Shown piece by piece: positions 41,790 to 50,287 of a stretch of 64,000 bases of DNA (position 1 is the stretch's first letter; the number at the start of each line of letters is the position of its first letter). The translations under genes were made by a program, and so were the position numbers. Under the pieces are notes generated by a model. That model made no database searches. It was not told the DNA's origin and was given only the letters and a program-made list of their open reading frames with translations. Origin of the DNA: an uncultured Gemmatimonadales bacterium (GTDB lineage: Bacteria; Gemmatimonadota; Gemmatimonadetes; Palauibacterales; Palauibacteraceae); assembly GCA_963783385.1 (NCBI GenBank), contig CAWANJ010000001.1:224001-288000 (forward strand), in the 5' to 3' direction.

Positions 41790-42617
41790 GTGCCCGAGCT
41801 CCCCGAGGTCGAGACCATCCGCCGGGACCTGGCCGAGGAGCTGTCGGGCCGCACCATCGAGGCGGTCCGCGTCCACCAGCCCGATATCGTGCTCCCCCCG
41901 CCCGGCCCGGCGGCCTTCGTGGACCGGGTATCCGGCCGACGCATCGACTCGTTGGACCGCCGGGCCAAGTACCTGCTCCTGCGGCTCCACGGCGACGAGC
42001 TGGTGCAGGTCCAGCTGCGCATGACCGGCCGCTTCGCGCTGGGGACGTCCTTGCCCGTCCCCGACGAGTTCACGCACCTGGCGGCCGAGTTCGACCTCGA
42101 CGACGGCCGCACGCTGTTTTACGACGACACGCGGCGGCTGGGCGGCTTCCGGCTGCTGTCGAGCGCCGATTGGGCCTCGATCGAGGCGAAGCTCGGCCCG
42201 GAGCCGCTCGAGGAGGGCTTCACCGCGGCGGTCCTCGCCGCGGCGCTCGCCGACCGTCACGCGCCCGTCAAGAACGTGTTGCTGGACCAGCGTCGGGTGG
42301 CCGGGCTCGGCAACATCTACGCGGCCGAGGCGCTGTTCGCGTCCCGGCTGGACCCGCGCCGGGCCGCCGGGTCGCTGTGCGCCGAGGAGGTGGAGCGCCT
42401 GCACGACGCCATCCGCGCCACGCTGCTGGACGCGCTGGAGCACGCCGGCACCACCTTCAGCGACTACCTGGCGGTCAACGGGCGCTCGGGACGCTTTCAG
42501 GACCGCCTGCAGGTCTACGGCCGCGAGGGATCGCCATGCCTGCGGTGCGGGGAGCCGATCGTGCGGATCGTCCAGGCCGGCAGGAGCACCTGCTTCTGCC
42601 CGGGCTGCCAGCACTGA
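41790..42617 (+). CDS. mutM: formamidopyrimidine-DNA glycosylase
   Basis: MPELPEVE, H2TH motif GLGNIYA and C-terminal CLRC...CPGCQ zinc finger. Confidence 0.98.
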   Translation: MPELPEVETIRRDLAEELSGRTIEAVRVHQPDIVLPPPGPAAFVDRVSGRRIDSLDRRAKYLLLRLHGDELVQVQLRMTGRFALGTSLPVPDEFTHLAAEFDLDDGRTLFYDDTRRLGGFRLLSSADWASIEAKLGPEPLEEGFTAAVLAAALADRHAPVKNVLLDQRRVAGLGNIYAAEALFASRLDPRRAAGSLCAEEVERLHDAIRATLLDALEHAGTTFSDYLAVNGRSGRFQDRLQVYGREGSPCLRCGEPIVRIVQAGRSTCFCPGCQH

Positions 42618-42636
42618 AGGGGGCGCCGATCGGCAC

Positions 42637-42663
42637 CGAAACGTCGGGCCGCCCGGACCCGTA
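42637..42663 (+). promoter_or_regulatory. putative autoregulatory ECF sigma promoter
   Basis: CGAAAC-N17-CGTA about 55 nt upstream of the sigma GTG start. Confidence 0.7.
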
Positions 42664-42717
42664 GGGTGATCTGAGCATGCCGACACCCGCTGAGCACGCA
42701 CGCCCGGTACGCGAGCC

Positions 42718-43308
42718 GTGATCGACACGGATCGGACCGACCAGGAGTTGGTCCGCCTGTGCCTCAAGGGACAGGAGCGTGCCGCGCACGAGCTGGTGTC
42801 GCGCTACCAGCGGCCGATCTTCTCCTTCATCTGCCGCATGGTCCGGGACCGCGAGCTGGCGGAGGACCTGGCCCAGGACACCTTCATCCGGGCGTTCGAC
42901 AACCTGGCCAAGTACGACCCCGACTACAAATTCTCCTCGTGGCTGTTCAAGGTCGGCCACAACCTCACGGTGGACCACATCCGCCGCCGGGAGCTGGACA
43001 CGGTCTCGATCCACGGGGCTCCCGACGCCGTGACCAGCGACCAGCAGGAGGCCACCTCCGTCACCCTCGAGTCGGAGTTCGAGCAGCCGGACGAGCTGCT
43101 CGAGGCCCGCGAGCTGGGCGCCTCCATCGAGGAGGCCATCGAGCGGCTGCGGCCGGAGTACCGGACCGCCATCCTCCTGCGCCACGTCGAGGGATACAGC
43201 TACGACGAGATCGCGGAGGTCATGGAGATACCGCTGGGAACGGTGAAGACCTACATCCACAGAGCGCGCGCCGAGTTGCAGGACATGTTGGGACATCTGC
43301 GGGAGTGA
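42718..43308 (+). CDS. ECF RNA polymerase sigma factor (SigW/RpoE-like)
   Basis: Region 2 AEDLAQDTF...FSSWLF; region 4 SYDEIAE...LGTVKTYIHRAR. Confidence 0.95.
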   Translation: MIDTDRTDQELVRLCLKGQERAAHELVSRYQRPIFSFICRMVRDRELAEDLAQDTFIRAFDNLAKYDPDYKFSSWLFKVGHNLTVDHIRRRELDTVSIHGAPDAVTSDQQEATSVTLESEFEQPDELLEARELGASIEEAIERLRPEYRTAILLRHVEGYSYDEIAEVMEIPLGTVKTYIHRARAELQDMLGHLRE

Positions 43309-43343
43309 CCCAGCGCGGGTGGGAACGGAGGCTCGGGGCCAGC

Positions 43344-43370
43344 TGAAACCTGCCCGAGCGCCGTTCCGTA
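43344..43370 (+). promoter_or_regulatory. putative internal ECF promoter upstream of the anti-sigma gene
   Basis: TGAAAC-N17-CGTA, close to the B. subtilis SigW consensus TGAAAC-N16-CGTA. Confidence 0.7.
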
Positions 43371-43402
43371 AGGGTGAGTGAGACAGGAGTGAATGGAACG
43401 CC

Positions 43403-44023
43403 ATGACATTGGACACGAACGAACGGCTCGGCAGGCACCTGCGGGAGGAGGAGCGCGAGCTCTTCCTGCCCGGCGAGGGGACGGGGACCCCCCCGGAGCC
43501 CCTCCGCCGTCACGTGGAGAGCTGCCAGCACTGCCGCCGGGAGGTGGAGGCCCTGCGCGCCCTGCACGTGGCGCTCTCGTCCCTTCCCCTCCTCGATCCG
43601 TCCCCGGGCTTCGCCGAGTCGGTGATGGCCCGGGTGCGGCTCCCGGTGCCGTGGTACCGACGGGCCTGGACCGGCCTGCGTGCCCACTGGATGACGGTCG
43701 CGCTGGCCACGACCCTGGTCGCGGCCACGGTCGGCCTCGGGGCCTGGTGGCTGGCGAGCCAGCCCGAGCTGACGCTCGGAGGGTTGCTCGGGTTCACGCT
43801 GGACCGGCTGACGGCGCTGTTCTGGGGCGCGGTGGTGGCCGGGGGTCGCCTGCTGTGGGAGTCGGGCCTGCCCGATCTCGTGCGCGGCGCGGCCGGCAAG
43901 ATCGGAGTGACCGGTGCGCTCGCGGGTATGGCGGGGATCGTCGTCGCCAGCCTGCTGACCGCCGGGGCGATGGTGAAGATGCTGGCCCCGACCTGGGGCG
44001 CCGCTCGGACCACAAGGAGCTGA
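43403..44023 (+). CDS. zinc-binding (ZAS/zf-HC2) transmembrane anti-sigma factor
   Basis: H...HVESCQHC (HxxxCxxC), PSPGFAESVMAR and hydrophobic C-terminal helices. Confidence 0.88.
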   Translation: MTLDTNERLGRHLREEERELFLPGEGTGTPPEPLRRHVESCQHCRREVEALRALHVALSSLPLLDPSPGFAESVMARVRLPVPWYRRAWTGLRAHWMTVALATTLVAATVGLGAWWLASQPELTLGGLLGFTLDRLTALFWGAVVAGGRLLWESGLPDLVRGAAGKIGVTGALAGMAGIVVASLLTAGAMVKMLAPTWGAARTTRS

Positions 44024-44027
44024 GGAC

Positions 44028-45680
44028 ATGCGACGCACGCCCACGATCCGAGCCCTCGCGGGACCTGGACCCGCCGAACGCCGGCGCGAGTTCCTGACCG
44101 CCGCCGCGGTCCTCCTGTCCTGCCTCGCTCTGCTCCCTGCTCGGGCGCTCGCCCAGGAGACGACTGCTCCGCAGGCCGCGCCCGCCTCCACATCGGTCAC
44201 GGTGTCCTATCGCGGCGCCGAGCTCCAGATCGAGGAGGCCGACGGAACGAGCCATCGCGTGGCCCTGCGCGACGGAAGCGTCCAGATCGATGGACGGGAC
44301 GTCGGCAGCTACCAGAAGGGCAGCGCGCTGGAGAGCTCGTGGCGCGACCTGCTGCAGCGGGGGATGGACCTCCGGCCCGCCGCGTTCGCCGAGCGGCTAC
44401 GCTCCTGGAATCCGCCGGCTGACGGCGCGGACGCATCGACCCTCGGCGCCCTCAAGGAGGCACTGTCCCGGTTCGCGGGCGGATCGCCCGTCGCGAAGGA
44501 AGCTCCGGCCGCTTCGCCGGGAGCCGCGGCCGGAACCACGGCTGCGGCGAGCCATCCGTCGGCGCCGGCCGGCACCGTGACGGTGAAGGGCCCGCAGGGC
44601 GGCACCGTGTCCATCGCCCCGGGCCGGCTGTCGGTGGACGCGCTGGCGTCACGACTCGACAAGCTGCGCGCGGCGCTCGGACGGCTGGGCAGTCAGGTCC
44701 AGGGCGAGGCCGGTGATCTCGCGCTCGTCGTCCACGATGACTACGCGATCCCGCACGGCCAGGTGATCGACGGGAACCTGGCGCTGCTGGACGGAGACCT
44801 TCGCCTGGGCGGCGAGGTCAAGGGCGACGTGCTCGTCCTGAACGGCACGCTGTCACTCGAGCCCACGGCCCTGGTGCACGGAGACGTGGTGCAGGTGGGT
44901 GGCACCGTGGCCCGCCACGGCGGCACGGTGGACGGCGAGTTCCTCTCCGTGAAGTCCCTCTCCGGCCAGGCGGCCGCCGCCTCGGCGGGCACGGCTCACG
45001 AGGCGCCGGAAGCGCCGGTCGTGCCGCACATCCGCCACCGTTCCTCGCGCGGCTTCTTCGGCTCGATCTTCCACAACGTGTTCGAGGCGGTGGGGGGCGT
45101 GCTCGCGGTGCTGACGGCGCTGCTGCTGCTGGGCGTGGTCGGGGCCCTGACCGTGTATTTCCTCAAGGACCAGCTCGAGATCGTGGCCGACACGGCACGC
45201 GCCAACTTTGGGCGTTCGTTCGGGGTCGGGCTGGCGGGCGAGTTCCTGTTCTTCCCGGTGCTGCTGATCCTGGTCGCCGGCGTCATCACCTGGCTGGTGA
45301 TCCCGTTCTACCTCCTGGCCTTCGGCCTGGCCATGCTGGCCGGCTACCTGGCCGTGGCGCATGCCACCGGCGAGGTGCTGGCCCACCAGCGCTACCGCTA
45401 CGAGTGGATCGAGCGGCTGCGCCGGTCGAACTCGTACTACTACATCCTCAGCGGCCTGGCCGTCCTCCTCCTGCCGTTCGCACTGGCGGCGGCCCTGCAC
45501 CTGTTCGGTGGGTGGCTGTCCTTCCTGCGCGGCCTGACGATCTTCGTCGCGGTGGTCGGGACCTGGGTGGCGATCACGTCCGGGCTGGGCGCGGTGATCC
45601 TGGCCCGGGGCGGTCGCGTGACCGAGCACGCCCGGCGAGCCTCACCCGGGGCATCGGGGACGACCGAGGGGGCCTCGTGA
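44028..45680 (+). CDS. membrane protein with extracytoplasmic bactofilin-like beta-helix repeats and a multi-TM C-terminus
   Basis: Signal peptide; IDGNLALLDG/VKGDVLVLNG/VHGDVVQVGG repeats; about five TM helices. Confidence 0.75.
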   Translation: MRRTPTIRALAGPGPAERRREFLTAAAVLLSCLALLPARALAQETTAPQAAPASTSVTVSYRGAELQIEEADGTSHRVALRDGSVQIDGRDVGSYQKGSALESSWRDLLQRGMDLRPAAFAERLRSWNPPADGADASTLGALKEALSRFAGGSPVAKEAPAASPGAAAGTTAAASHPSAPAGTVTVKGPQGGTVSIAPGRLSVDALASRLDKLRAALGRLGSQVQGEAGDLALVVHDDYAIPHGQVIDGNLALLDGDLRLGGEVKGDVLVLNGTLSLEPTALVHGDVVQVGGTVARHGGTVDGEFLSVKSLSGQAAAASAGTAHEAPEAPVVPHIRHRSSRGFFGSIFHNVFEAVGGVLAVLTALLLLGVVGALTVYFLKDQLEIVADTARANFGRSFGVGLAGEFLFFPVLLILVAGVITWLVIPFYLLAFGLAMLAGYLAVAHATGEVLAHQRYRYEWIERLRRSNSYYYILSGLAVLLLPFALAAALHLFGGWLSFLRGLTIFVAVVGTWVAITSGLGAVILARGGRVTEHARRASPGASGTTEGAS

Positions 45681-46597
45681 GGAGGGCGCAGAGGATCGCG
45701 ACGCCGATCTCGGCCCTGGTGCTGCTCGCCGGTGTCGTGACGGCGGGCACCCTTCCCCGGGCCGCCTCCGCGCAGGACCGGCTCGAGCTGTCCACGGCCC
45801 GTCAGGCCGATGGCCTCAAGTCGGTGACGATGCGGGTCGAGTACGGCGCCGGCATTCTCACGGTGCGGCCGGCCCGGGCCGGGGACCTGTACGACGCGCA
45901 CATGCGCTACGACGCCGCCCGCTTCAGCCCGGTGCGCACCTTCGAGCGTCACGAAGGGAGCGCCACCGTCCACCTGGGCCTCCGCTCCCTGAGTGGCAAG
46001 GACGGCGTCCACCTGGACTGGAAGGACCTGAACGATGAGAACGTGGGTCCGGATTCGCGAAACGCCGGTAGCCTCGAGATCGGGGTGAGCCGCGACGTAC
46101 CGACGGATCTCCGGATCGCGGTTGGCGCTGCCCGGAGTCGACTCGACCTCGGGGGCCTGCCCCTCACGAATTTCTCCCTGGAGACGGGGGCCAGCGAGAC
46201 GAAGATCAGCTTCGACCAGCCCAACCCGGGCCGCATGCGGGAGCTGCGCATCAAGGCCGGCGCCGCCTCGCTGAAGGCCGACGACCTGGGCAACGCGCAC
46301 TTCGACCGGCTGCGTGTCGAGGGCGGCGTGGGGGACGTGACCCTGAACTTCGGCGGCGACTGGACGCAGGATGCGACCGCCTCCATCCACATGGGCCTCG
46401 GGTCGCTGTCCCTGCGCTTTCCCACGGATCTGGGCGTCCGCATCGACAAGAGCACCGTGCTCGCGTCGTTCAACGCGTCCGGCTTCATCAAGACGGATTC
46501 GGGCTACGAGACCCGCAACTGGGGCTCGGCGGCGCACCACCTGGAGCTCGAGATCAACGCCGCGTTCGGGAGCATCGACGTGGAGGTCGGTCCCTAG
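45677..46597 (+). CDS. exported beta-strand repeat protein (LiaF/DUF2154- or DUF4097-like)
   Basis: GTG start overlaps the upstream stop; signal peptide; repeated GAG/GAS/GVG/GLG turns; ends FGSIDV. Confidence 0.65.
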   Translation: MRRAQRIATPISALVLLAGVVTAGTLPRAASAQDRLELSTARQADGLKSVTMRVEYGAGILTVRPARAGDLYDAHMRYDAARFSPVRTFERHEGSATVHLGLRSLSGKDGVHLDWKDLNDENVGPDSRNAGSLEIGVSRDVPTDLRIAVGAARSRLDLGGLPLTNFSLETGASETKISFDQPNPGRMRELRIKAGAASLKADDLGNAHFDRLRVEGGVGDVTLNFGGDWTQDATASIHMGLGSLSLRFPTDLGVRIDKSTVLASFNASGFIKTDSGYETRNWGSAAHHLELEINAAFGSIDVEVGP

Positions 46598-47403
46598 GCG
46601 TCGGCGTCCGCCTCGACCACCTGCACCTGGTCCCCCCGTCCCACACCGAGCACCACGTCCGCCCGTCCGTCGCGCACGCACACCTCGAGCGTCCCCGCCG
46701 AACCCCGGATGAGCACCGCCTCCCCCGACGCCACGTCGGCGAAGCTCGTCCCGGGGTGACGCACGTCGGAATTGCCGACACGCACCCGGTAGTGGGCCGG
46801 AAGCCAGGCGGAGGGGATGTCGGTGATCAGGTTGCCGAACCTGTCGACGTACCCGATGATCCCCCGCGCGCCGTCCGCGGTCCTGCGCGGTCGGTCGAGT
46901 GGGTGCCGCACGAGCTCGCCGACATCGAGCGGCGGGCCCAGCTCTCCGGGCGCACCCCCCGCTGCCAGGTGGGCCGCGGCGGGGGCGAACAGGTCGCGGC
47001 CGTGAAAGGTGTCCGACAGCGGCCGGAGGCCGATCCGGGACGCCTCGAGGACCCGGGCCGACCGGTCACCCGAGACCGGCTCCGGGAGGGGCACAGCTCC
47101 CTCCAGCACGCGCGTCAGGAGGCCGTTGTCGGGCCCCACGAACCAGCGGCCCCCGATGGAGACCGCCACCGGGCAGCGGTCGCTCCCCACGCCGGGGTCC
47201 ACCACCACCAGGTGGACCGTGCCGGACGGGAACCGGGCCCAGATCCGGGCCAGAACCCAGCTCCCCGTAAGCACGTCGCCCGGCGGCACGTCGTGGGTGA
47301 CATCCACGGGCAGCGCGTCGGGCGCCCGCTCGAGCAGGACTCCCTTGAGCTCCCCAACGTAGCCGTCCCGGGTGCCGAAGTCCGTGATCAGACTCACGAT
47401 CAT
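46594..47403 (-). CDS. SAM hydroxide adenosyltransferase (DUF62; chlorinase/fluorinase family)
   Basis: LITDFG, VVDPGVGS, GPDNG, TFHGRDLFAP and DRFGNLIT. Confidence 0.93.
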   Translation of the reverse strand: MIVSLITDFGTRDGYVGELKGVLLERAPDALPVDVTHDVPPGDVLTGSWVLARIWARFPSGTVHLVVVDPGVGSDRCPVAVSIGGRWFVGPDNGLLTRVLEGAVPLPEPVSGDRSARVLEASRIGLRPLSDTFHGRDLFAPAAAHLAAGGAPGELGPPLDVGELVRHPLDRPRRTADGARGIIGYVDRFGNLITDIPSAWLPAHYRVRVGNSDVRHPGTSFADVASGEAVLIRGSAGTLEVCVRDGRADVVLGVGRGDQVQVVEADADA

Positions 47404-47473
47404 GGCTGTACTCCCTCCCTTCGAGGGCCGGGTCCGGGTCCGGCCCCCTGCCACCGCTCCCTGCACGTCGCTT

Positions 47474-48769
47474 TCACACCGAACGCTCGCGCCAGCGACC
47501 CAGCCGCCAGATCGAGGCCACCGAGACACCACGCGCGGCGGCGGTCAGGCTGATCGTCCACCAGATGCCCGCCAGGCCCAGGGGGCCAGCCAGCCACACG
47601 GCCAGGGGCAGCCGCGCCACCGTCAGCGTGAGCGAGGCCGCCATGGGCAGCAGCGTGTAGCCGGCTCCGGCCATGGCGCTCTCCAGGACAATGTCGAGGG
47701 CCATGAACAGCTGGGCGATCGCCACGATCCGAAGATAGCTGGCCCCGGCGTCGAGCACGGCGGGATCGTGCGTGAACAGGCCCACCAGCGTCCGCGGCAC
47801 GAGCACGAAGGCCACGCCCGCCGCGGCCGTGGCCACCATCGCGTGTCGCGCGGCCGACGCTCCCGAGGCCCGCGCCCGCTCGCCCGCGCCCGCGCCGAGA
47901 TTCTGTCCCACCGCCGTGGCGGCCGCGAACCCGAAGCCCACGCATGCCATGTAGCTCAGCGACTCGATCCGGTGTCCAACCCCGAGCGCGGCGAGGGCGG
48001 CCGTGCCGAACCGGCTGGTGATCCGCGTGAGCAGGATGTATACGAAGGCGAACACCGCGCCGCCCGCCGCCGTGGGGAGGCCGATCCTGGCCATGGGGAG
48101 CCAGGCGCGCGGGCTGGGTCGTTCGCGGACGACGAGGTTCCGGCGCAGCAGGAGACCATAGCCGACGGCGCAGGCGCCCGCCCGGGTGAGCAGCGTGGCT
48201 CCGGCGGCGCCCGCGATCCCGAGCCGGGGGGCCGGTCCGAGCCCGAGGATGAGCACCGGGTCGAGGAGGAGGTTGAGGGCCACCGCCCCACCCAGAAGGT
48301 AGAAGGGCGTGCGGGTGTCCCCGGCGGCGCGGAAGGCCGCGTCCATCACGAAGTACGTGAACACGACGGGAACGCCGGCCAGGTAGGTGGACAGGTAGCC
48401 GGCTCCCTGCACGGTGACCGCCGGGGACGTCTCCATGAGGCCGAACAGGGAGCGAAGGCCGGCGAGCCCGCACAGACCGACCACCACCGATAGGACGAGC
48501 GCCATGAGCGTGGCCTGGTACACGGCGGCCGCCGCGCGGCCCGGCCGATTCTCGCCGTGCCGCCGGCTGGCCACGGCGGTGAGCCCCGCCGCGGTGAGCT
48601 CGGCCAGCGAGAGCACCATCCACACGGCGAAGCCGCCGGTGGACACGCCGGCCAGAGCGGCCGGGCCCAGGCCCCGTCCGACCCAGAAGGTGTCGGTGAT
48701 GTTGAACAGGGTCTGGAGGAGCGCGGCCGCCACGGCGGGACGGGCGAGTCGGCGAATGGCCACGCCCAC
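47474..48769 (-). CDS. MATE-family efflux transporter
   Basis: Many TM helices; GDTRTP, NLLLDP...LGIAGAA and VGQNLGAG; start uncertain (48769 or 48838). Confidence 0.92.
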   Translation of the reverse strand: MGVAIRRLARPAVAAALLQTLFNITDTFWVGRGLGPAALAGVSTGGFAVWMVLSLAELTAAGLTAVASRRHGENRPGRAAAAVYQATLMALVLSVVVGLCGLAGLRSLFGLMETSPAVTVQGAGYLSTYLAGVPVVFTYFVMDAAFRAAGDTRTPFYLLGGAVALNLLLDPVLILGLGPAPRLGIAGAAGATLLTRAGACAVGYGLLLRRNLVVRERPSPRAWLPMARIGLPTAAGGAVFAFVYILLTRITSRFGTAALAALGVGHRIESLSYMACVGFGFAAATAVGQNLGAGAGERARASGASAARHAMVATAAAGVAFVLVPRTLVGLFTHDPAVLDAGASYLRIVAIAQLFMALDIVLESAMAGAGYTLLPMAASLTLTVARLPLAVWLAGPLGLAGIWWTISLTAAARGVSVASIWRLGRWRERSV

Positions 48770-48834
48770 GGGACCGCGCGTCGGGCCGACCCGCGGTCCC
48801 GACGGAGCCGTTCCGGGAGAGCGCCCCGGGTCGG

Positions 48835-49788
48835 TCAGGAGCCTTCTGTCTCCGCCTCCAGCGCCTCCGCGCGCTCCCGCACCGCCTCCGCGACGGCACG
48901 CAGGGCCACGGTCTCGGGCGCGTCCGGTCGACCGAGCACGGTGGGCATCCCCCGATCCCCCTCCTCGCGCACGGCCACCCCGAGCGGAACGGCCCCCAGA
49001 AAGGGCACGTCGATGCTCGCTGCCAGCTTCTCGCCGCCGCCCGCCCCGAACACGTCGTGTCGGGCGCCGCAGTCCGGGCACACGAACCCGCTCATGTTCT
49101 CGACCAGGCCCAGAACCGGGATCTCGAGCTTCTGGAACATCCGAATCCCCTTGAGGACGCCGCCGACGGCCACGTCCTGGGGGGTGGTCACGAACACGCC
49201 GCCGCGCACCTCGACGAGCTGGACGAGGGAGAGCTGGGCGTCGCCGGTGCCCGGAGGAAGGTCCACCACCAGGAAGTCCAGGTCACCCCAGCGGACCTGC
49301 TGCAGGAACTGGCGAACGATCCCCATGATGATCGGTCCCCGCCAGATGGCCGGCGTCTCTTCCTCGACCAGGAAGCCGATGCTCATGAGCTTGACGCCGT
49401 GCGCCTCGAGCGGGATGACCTGGTCGTCGGCCATGCGGGGACGGTCGTGCACACCGAACATGGTCGGGATGTCGGGGCCGTAGACGTCCGCGTCCAACAG
49501 CCCGACCCGGAGGCCCATGTCCGCCCATGCGGCCGCGAGGTTCGTGGCGACGGTCGACTTCCCGACGCCCCCCTTCCCGGAGCTCACCGCCACGACGTGG
49601 CGGACTCCGGGGAGCGCGGGCGCCTCCCTGGGATGCCGGGACGCCGCGGCGCGGTCGGCATCCACGGGCCGCGAGCCCGGCGGCGCGCCGTGCGGGTCGC
49701 CGCTCCGCGCCCCGCTTCCCTGTCCCATCACGGGCAGGGAGCGTCCCTGGCGCCCGGGTGCGTCGCCCCGGTCGGGTCCGTCACCCAC
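48835..49788 (-). CDS. mrp: Mrp/ApbC/NBP35 Fe-S cluster carrier ATPase
   Basis: SGKGGVGKST, DADVYGP, DLPPGTGD and ENMS...CPDC; start uncertain. Confidence 0.93.
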   Translation of the reverse strand: MGDGPDRGDAPGRQGRSLPVMGQGSGARSGDPHGAPPGSRPVDADRAAASRHPREAPALPGVRHVVAVSSGKGGVGKSTVATNLAAAWADMGLRVGLLDADVYGPDIPTMFGVHDRPRMADDQVIPLEAHGVKLMSIGFLVEEETPAIWRGPIIMGIVRQFLQQVRWGDLDFLVVDLPPGTGDAQLSLVQLVEVRGGVFVTTPQDVAVGGVLKGIRMFQKLEIPVLGLVENMSGFVCPDCGARHDVFGAGGGEKLAASIDVPFLGAVPLGVAVREEGDRGMPTVLGRPDAPETVALRAVAEAVRERAEALEAETEGS

Positions 49789-49895
49789 GGGCTTCCTCCG
49801 ATGGCGGGGCGGGGCGCACGAGGACGAGGCTCCGGGCTGCGGGGCCGCTCATGGACGGTAGGGTCGCGGCGGTCGGGAAGACGTGGATGATCGCC

Positions 49896-50153
49896 TCAGA
49901 TGGCCTCGACGGAACGCACCTCCGGCACCTGCATGCGCAGGCGCTGTTCGATGCCGGCCCGGAGCGTCATCATCGACATGGGGCACGCGTGGCAGGCGCC
50001 GACCATGCGAAGCTGCACGAGGCCCTGGTCCTCGTCGAAGGCCACGAGCTCGATGTCGCCGCCGTCGGAGCGGACGGCGGGGCGGATGCCCGCCAGCACG
50101 TCCTCGATCCGCTCACGCGGGGTGGCAGCGCCGGTCGTTATCGTCTTGGCCAT
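49896..50153 (-). CDS. stand-alone NifU C-terminal (Nfu) domain protein
   Basis: IRPAVRSDGGDIELV...GACHACP...TLRAGIE. Confidence 0.93.
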   Translation of the reverse strand: MAKTITTGAATPRERIEDVLAGIRPAVRSDGGDIELVAFDEDQGLVQLRMVGACHACPMSMMTLRAGIEQRLRMQVPEVRSVEAI

Positions 50154-50208
50154 GCTTCCTCGATGCTTCGCGCCCCGTGGTCCAGATGGTCTCCCGGACC
50201 CGATCGTC

Positions 50209-50237
50209 AACCTACCGGGCGTATGAAACCCCGTCAA
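50209..50237 (-). promoter_or_regulatory. candidate sigma70 promoter for nfu-mrp-MATE
   Basis: TTGACG, 17-nt spacer, TAGGTT. Confidence 0.55.
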
Positions 50238-50287
50238 CGCGGTGGAGTTTCGCCCCGTGCGCGGTTCCGCCCACCCCTTCACCCTCC

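Noticed and set aside
50224-50250. TGAAAC on the plus strand in the nfu/acylase gap
   Set aside because: No CGTA at the right spacing and no plus-strand gene downstream.
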